From: Eukaryota sp. TZLM1-RC
Lineage: Eukaryota > Protista > Metamonada: BaSk clade
Length of the DNA stretch: 64,000 bases
Reading direction: 5' to 3'
NCBI GenBank assembly: GCA_040285825.1
Contig: JAUPSS010000006.1
Location: 434,001-498,000, forward strand
The position numbers and the translations under genes are program-made. Position 1 is the first letter of the stretch, and the number at the start of each line of letters is the position of its first letter. Of the stretch, positions 60,162 to 64,000 are shown piece by piece. The notes under the pieces were generated by a model. It searched no databases and was not told the origin of the DNA. It was given only the letters and a program-made list of their open reading frames with translations.

Positions 60162-61423
60162 CTAAGCTGACACTGCCTCTTCCTTCTTTCTTCCGCGTTT
60201 CTTAATGGAAGGAGGATCAGAGAGTTTCATGTATTGATGATAAGCAGCAGTGTTTTTAATCGAGTCGGTTGGCTGAATGGTCGTGGTACCATCGGACCAG
60301 AGGACGGTTGCTGAGTCACCAGAGATGTCTTTGATTGCGTCAAGGATAAGTTCTCCTGAATCAGCGGCTACATAGACGTTCAATATTTCAGCGGGCAAGG
60401 AAGATAGGCAAGGCTTCACCAGGTGAATGGCGGTCTTAAATTAAAACCTTCATAAATTAAAAATCCTTCTTAAATTAAAACCTTCTAAATAAAAACCTTC
60501 TTAAATTAAAAATCCTTCTAAATAAAAACCTTCTAAATAAAAACCTTCTTAAATAAAAAATCCTTCTAAATAAAAAATCCTTCTTAAATTGAAACCCTCT
60601 AAATCAAAACCGTCTTAAATCAACGGAGAGGATATGAGAGATCGACGAGACGGAGAAGGAGAGCAATATCGACGAGACGGAGAGTATATGAGAGATCGTC
60701 GAGACGGAGAAGGAGAGCCAGATCGAGGATAAGGAGAGCCACATCGAAGAGAAGGAGAGCAAGATGGACGAGACGAAGAGTATATGAGAGATCGACGAGA
60801 CGGAGACGGTGAGCAAGATCGACGAGACGGTGAGCATATGAGAGATCGACGAGAAGGAGAGCCAGATCGAAGAGAAAGACATACAGAGGGTATCAAAGAT
60901 GGAGCAGACGGAGACACTTCACGATCGTAATGTAAAGATGAATGAAGAATCTGAAGTTAGTTGAGGGCTAGTATTATAATACATACACATGCATCACAAC
61001 AGTGATCTGAAAAATGCAAAGCCCAAAACCGGTCTTGAGAGAGGATCCGGTGACGGGGTTCTGGACAAGGAGAGAGCTAGGTGAGAGTATCTTGAGGACG
61101 ATGTAAGAACCTACAAAGTGGCCGTGGAGTTTGTCTGGTTTCTCGCGCAGAACAAAAACACGATCGTCGACTTGAGGGCGATAAGCGAGCACGGGCATAT
61201 CAAGAGGAGATTGATCGAGGGATTGGCTTACAGCTTTCCAGGAAGAGACGAGCTTCTCTGTCAGATTTTTCAGGTGTTCAATGAATTCAGGCTTGTCGGA
61301 AGGCAGTGGATGAGAAGTAAAGGAAGTCAACAGTTGGTTGGGCAAGAGACGAGGAGAGGTATCAGAGCCGAAAATTAGGCTATAAGGAGAGGCATTCAGG
61401 GCTTTCCTTTCTTGAGAGTTCAT
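60162..61423 (-). mobile_element. Gypsy integrase C-terminus with chromodomain-like tail, split by an insertion
   Basis: SPYSLIFG, KLHGHFVGSYIV; removing 60438-61029 and one TSD restores GSSLKTAIHLVKPC in frame. Confidence 0.8.
60438..61029 (-). mobile_element. 592-bp TIR-less insertion with 7-bp TSD
   Basis: CGGTCTT at 60431-60437 and 61030-61036; holds (AAAACCTTCTAAAT)n-like repeats, GA-rich repeats and a 36-nt intron 60951-60986; related piece at ~63010-63143. Confidence 0.7.
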
Positions 61424-64000
61424 ACCATGCTCGTCAAGACGTTGTGGGTTTATAATGATGCAAGTTTTAGTTTGGTTTGGTTGCTAATATCGATGCTGAA
61501 GTAATTGATAGTTTTTTTCTGTTTTTAATAAATAATTGTTTTAATAGTGTTTTATTCTTATAATAAAGTAAATTCAATGTTTCCAAAAGGGCTCAATCTG
61601 TCATATGTGTAATGATTTGAAGATTGATATAATTTCAATTTTTCGAAAATTAATCAAATGTGAAATGATGTTGTATACAACATTTAGAAAATTTATAAAA
61701 TGTTGCGGGTAACATCATTGTTTTAAAAGGTGTTTTATACGACATCATTGCAACTAAAATTTAATCCAAATCCATCCACCATGCCCGTCTCCACCAGAAA
61801 CGCTTCCAAACAGTCTGCTGTTAGCTAAGGCTAAACCATTTCGGAAAGTATCACGTTTCCAATCACGTGATCTTTAGTTTAAATTCGTTTTGTAGTTTTT
61901 GATTTTCTTATCTCCTTTTTTCAGACTCCACAATTGACCTAAATGTATCAAAGTGCCTAAAAATGCTGTATGAATCATCTAGGTAATCTTTCTAACTGAA
62001 ATAAACACTTCACTTGAATCAAACTTGTCAAACCTGTCATATATGACAGATTTGTTTTAAATCAAAACTAAAACATCGTAATTCTCACCATAGCATTTGA
62101 TGTTTGCTATCAATAAAAAACAGAATGTAAACCGATTTTATTACAAAACAAAAAACAATCTAAAATCAACTAATTAGTAATTAGTACTTATTTCTTTTTG
62201 ATTTTTGTGAAATAAAGCAATATTGGTATATATTTATGTTTCAACAATCTAAGCAATTTCTATTTAATATGAGTGACATAATTTAATTCCACATCAAAAC
62301 ATATCATTAATCACTTGTAGGTCTTTTTATTTTATAATTTTTGTACAATGTTATGCAAAGTGGTTTGTTGGATAAGTCGTTACCTACAAATATATAGTGT
62401 TCGTCTCTCCACATATGTAATACCACCGCAATAAAAATATGTTCTTGAACATAAAATGGCGACTGTATTTTTACATGTGTCAAATCTATATATCCTATGT
62501 GTCTATTGGTATTAAAATTATGTAATTATCTTGTATTATATTTTGAAATCTAGTGTTTCCGAAAAGCATATTTGCTTTCTGTAAGTGAGGAGATGTATAA
62601 CGTAATGGGGGTTAGGATGAGGATAATTTGAGTTGAACCTATATAATATAAACTAAAGTACTTGTCGCTTTAGCCTAATTAAAACCATAATTTTTGTCAT
62701 TTTGCTTATTAAAACAAAATTACCTTGTACTTCAAATTGACCAAAAACATATTGTGAACAGTTTTCGACTCACAACAATCCTCTGTTCCTACTATTGGGG
62801 TGAAGGCAAAAACCACATCGTGGTCCGGAAATGTCTCAATCTATCAACGTAGCAGGAAAGAAGGTGAATTTTGTTTTTCATGACATTATCCTCCAAGTAA
62901 CTGATTACTGGAGAAAGTTGTGGATCCTCATTGAACCTTGATAAAAGCTCTTCAATAAGGAGAATTAATCTCAATATTGTTTGTAACCTTTCAATTTCAA
63001 TTGATTCATTGAATAAAAATCTTCTTAATTGAATAAAGATTTTCTTAATTGAATACAAACCTTCTTAATTAAAAAACCTTCTGATCAACAAATCTTCAAA
63101 AATCAGATAGGAGAGAGAAGGAGCGTCAGATCGGAGAGACGACTTATGGTTAGCTACTGACAGGGACTGGAATTTATTTTATCTTATTGCGAAGCTCAAT
63201 TTCAAGAAAATAAATTATTGTTGTTGCAGATTATTATTTAATTCCACAGAGTTGCCAAAATTCACAAAAAAATTATTGCATCAAATCTTTGAGAAACAGG
63301 TTATCAACAACACCATTTTTAACGTTAACGTAAATCTTCAATTTTGTTAGCAATATATTTATCAGAATTCTAGCTTACTTTTGCAAGACCTACAACTGAT
63401 TAATGATATGTTTTGATGTGGAATTAAATTAGGTCACTCATATTAAATAGAAATTGCTTAGATTGTTGAAACATAAATAAATACCGACGTCTGGGCGGCA
63501 TGATTCAGAGTGAGTTGGTTATTATATGAATAAATTTGATTGCAACGTACACATACGTTCCTTGCAATACTTTCTCAAAACATTTTAAAAACATGTTTGT
63601 TGTAGAGTATAAATGTCAATGATGCAAGTATATGATATCCTATAGTATATGATATATTCACTGGTTTATTAAAATAACGTACAAGCCATCATATTCAACA
63701 ACATAAAAATAAACCAAGATGAGTTAGTTTATAACCAAAACAACCAAATTTTCTTGCGGAAAATGATGCTATAAAAGACGACGAGCATATAGATTTGTCA
63801 AAATCAACATTTGATTGTATTATTTTTAATTGTAAAACATCAACAACAACATGAACAACAATTAAATTTTGTTTAGAAAACCATTTTATTGGCCTAACAC
63901 CTACAGTTGAAATGAAATTAGACAAGTATTGAAACGAACATGTGTACATTGTAATGAAATTTATTAATATATTAACCAACCAACTGTGAACAACCAACTG

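Noticed and set aside
60615-60917. SR splicing factor
   Set aside because: The S/R richness comes from tandem DNA repeats; no RRM.
1-64000. Polinton/virophage or giant-virus assignment, and host identity
   Set aside because: No recognisable capsid, packaging ATPase or DNA polymerase, and no marker gene for taxonomy in the window.

Overview
AT-rich eukaryotic DNA, probably from a protist. Evidence for eukaryotic origin: 18-36-nt GT..AG introns, histone H4 and chromodomain LTR integrases. The host cannot be identified from the sequence. Almost nothing here is a housekeeping gene; the window is a repeat-dense mosaic. A conserved non-coding block recurs in the same orientation about every 6-13 kb. 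It consists of a ~440-bp element ending in a tRNA-type B-box plus a GTCGGCCGAC palindrome, then a 'VVVGC' module, then a ~250-bp module. Between the blocks lie fragmentary, mostly minus-strand, often intron-containing cargo genes: an SF3 (CRESS-Rep-like) helicase, phage-type tyrosine recombinases, a divergent histone H4, two SET families, a JAB deubiquitinase, Ulp1, RING, Rap1-type and telobox-type Myb domains, LRRs and several orphan families. Four copies of a two-gene IS630/Tc1 (DD34E) transposon with a convergent orphan ORF2 are present. Three sit within ~13-29 bp of the same anchor at the end of the B-box element, and an empty site at ~46.7 kb shows a GT rather than TA duplication. Also present: a 455-bp satellite carrying the same B-box motif, RLE-type non-LTR 3' ends, chromodomain Gypsy fragments, a hAT derivative with an 8-bp TSD, and a TIR-less intron-containing insert with a 7-bp TSD. 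All domain calls are by motif recognition only; no searches were run.
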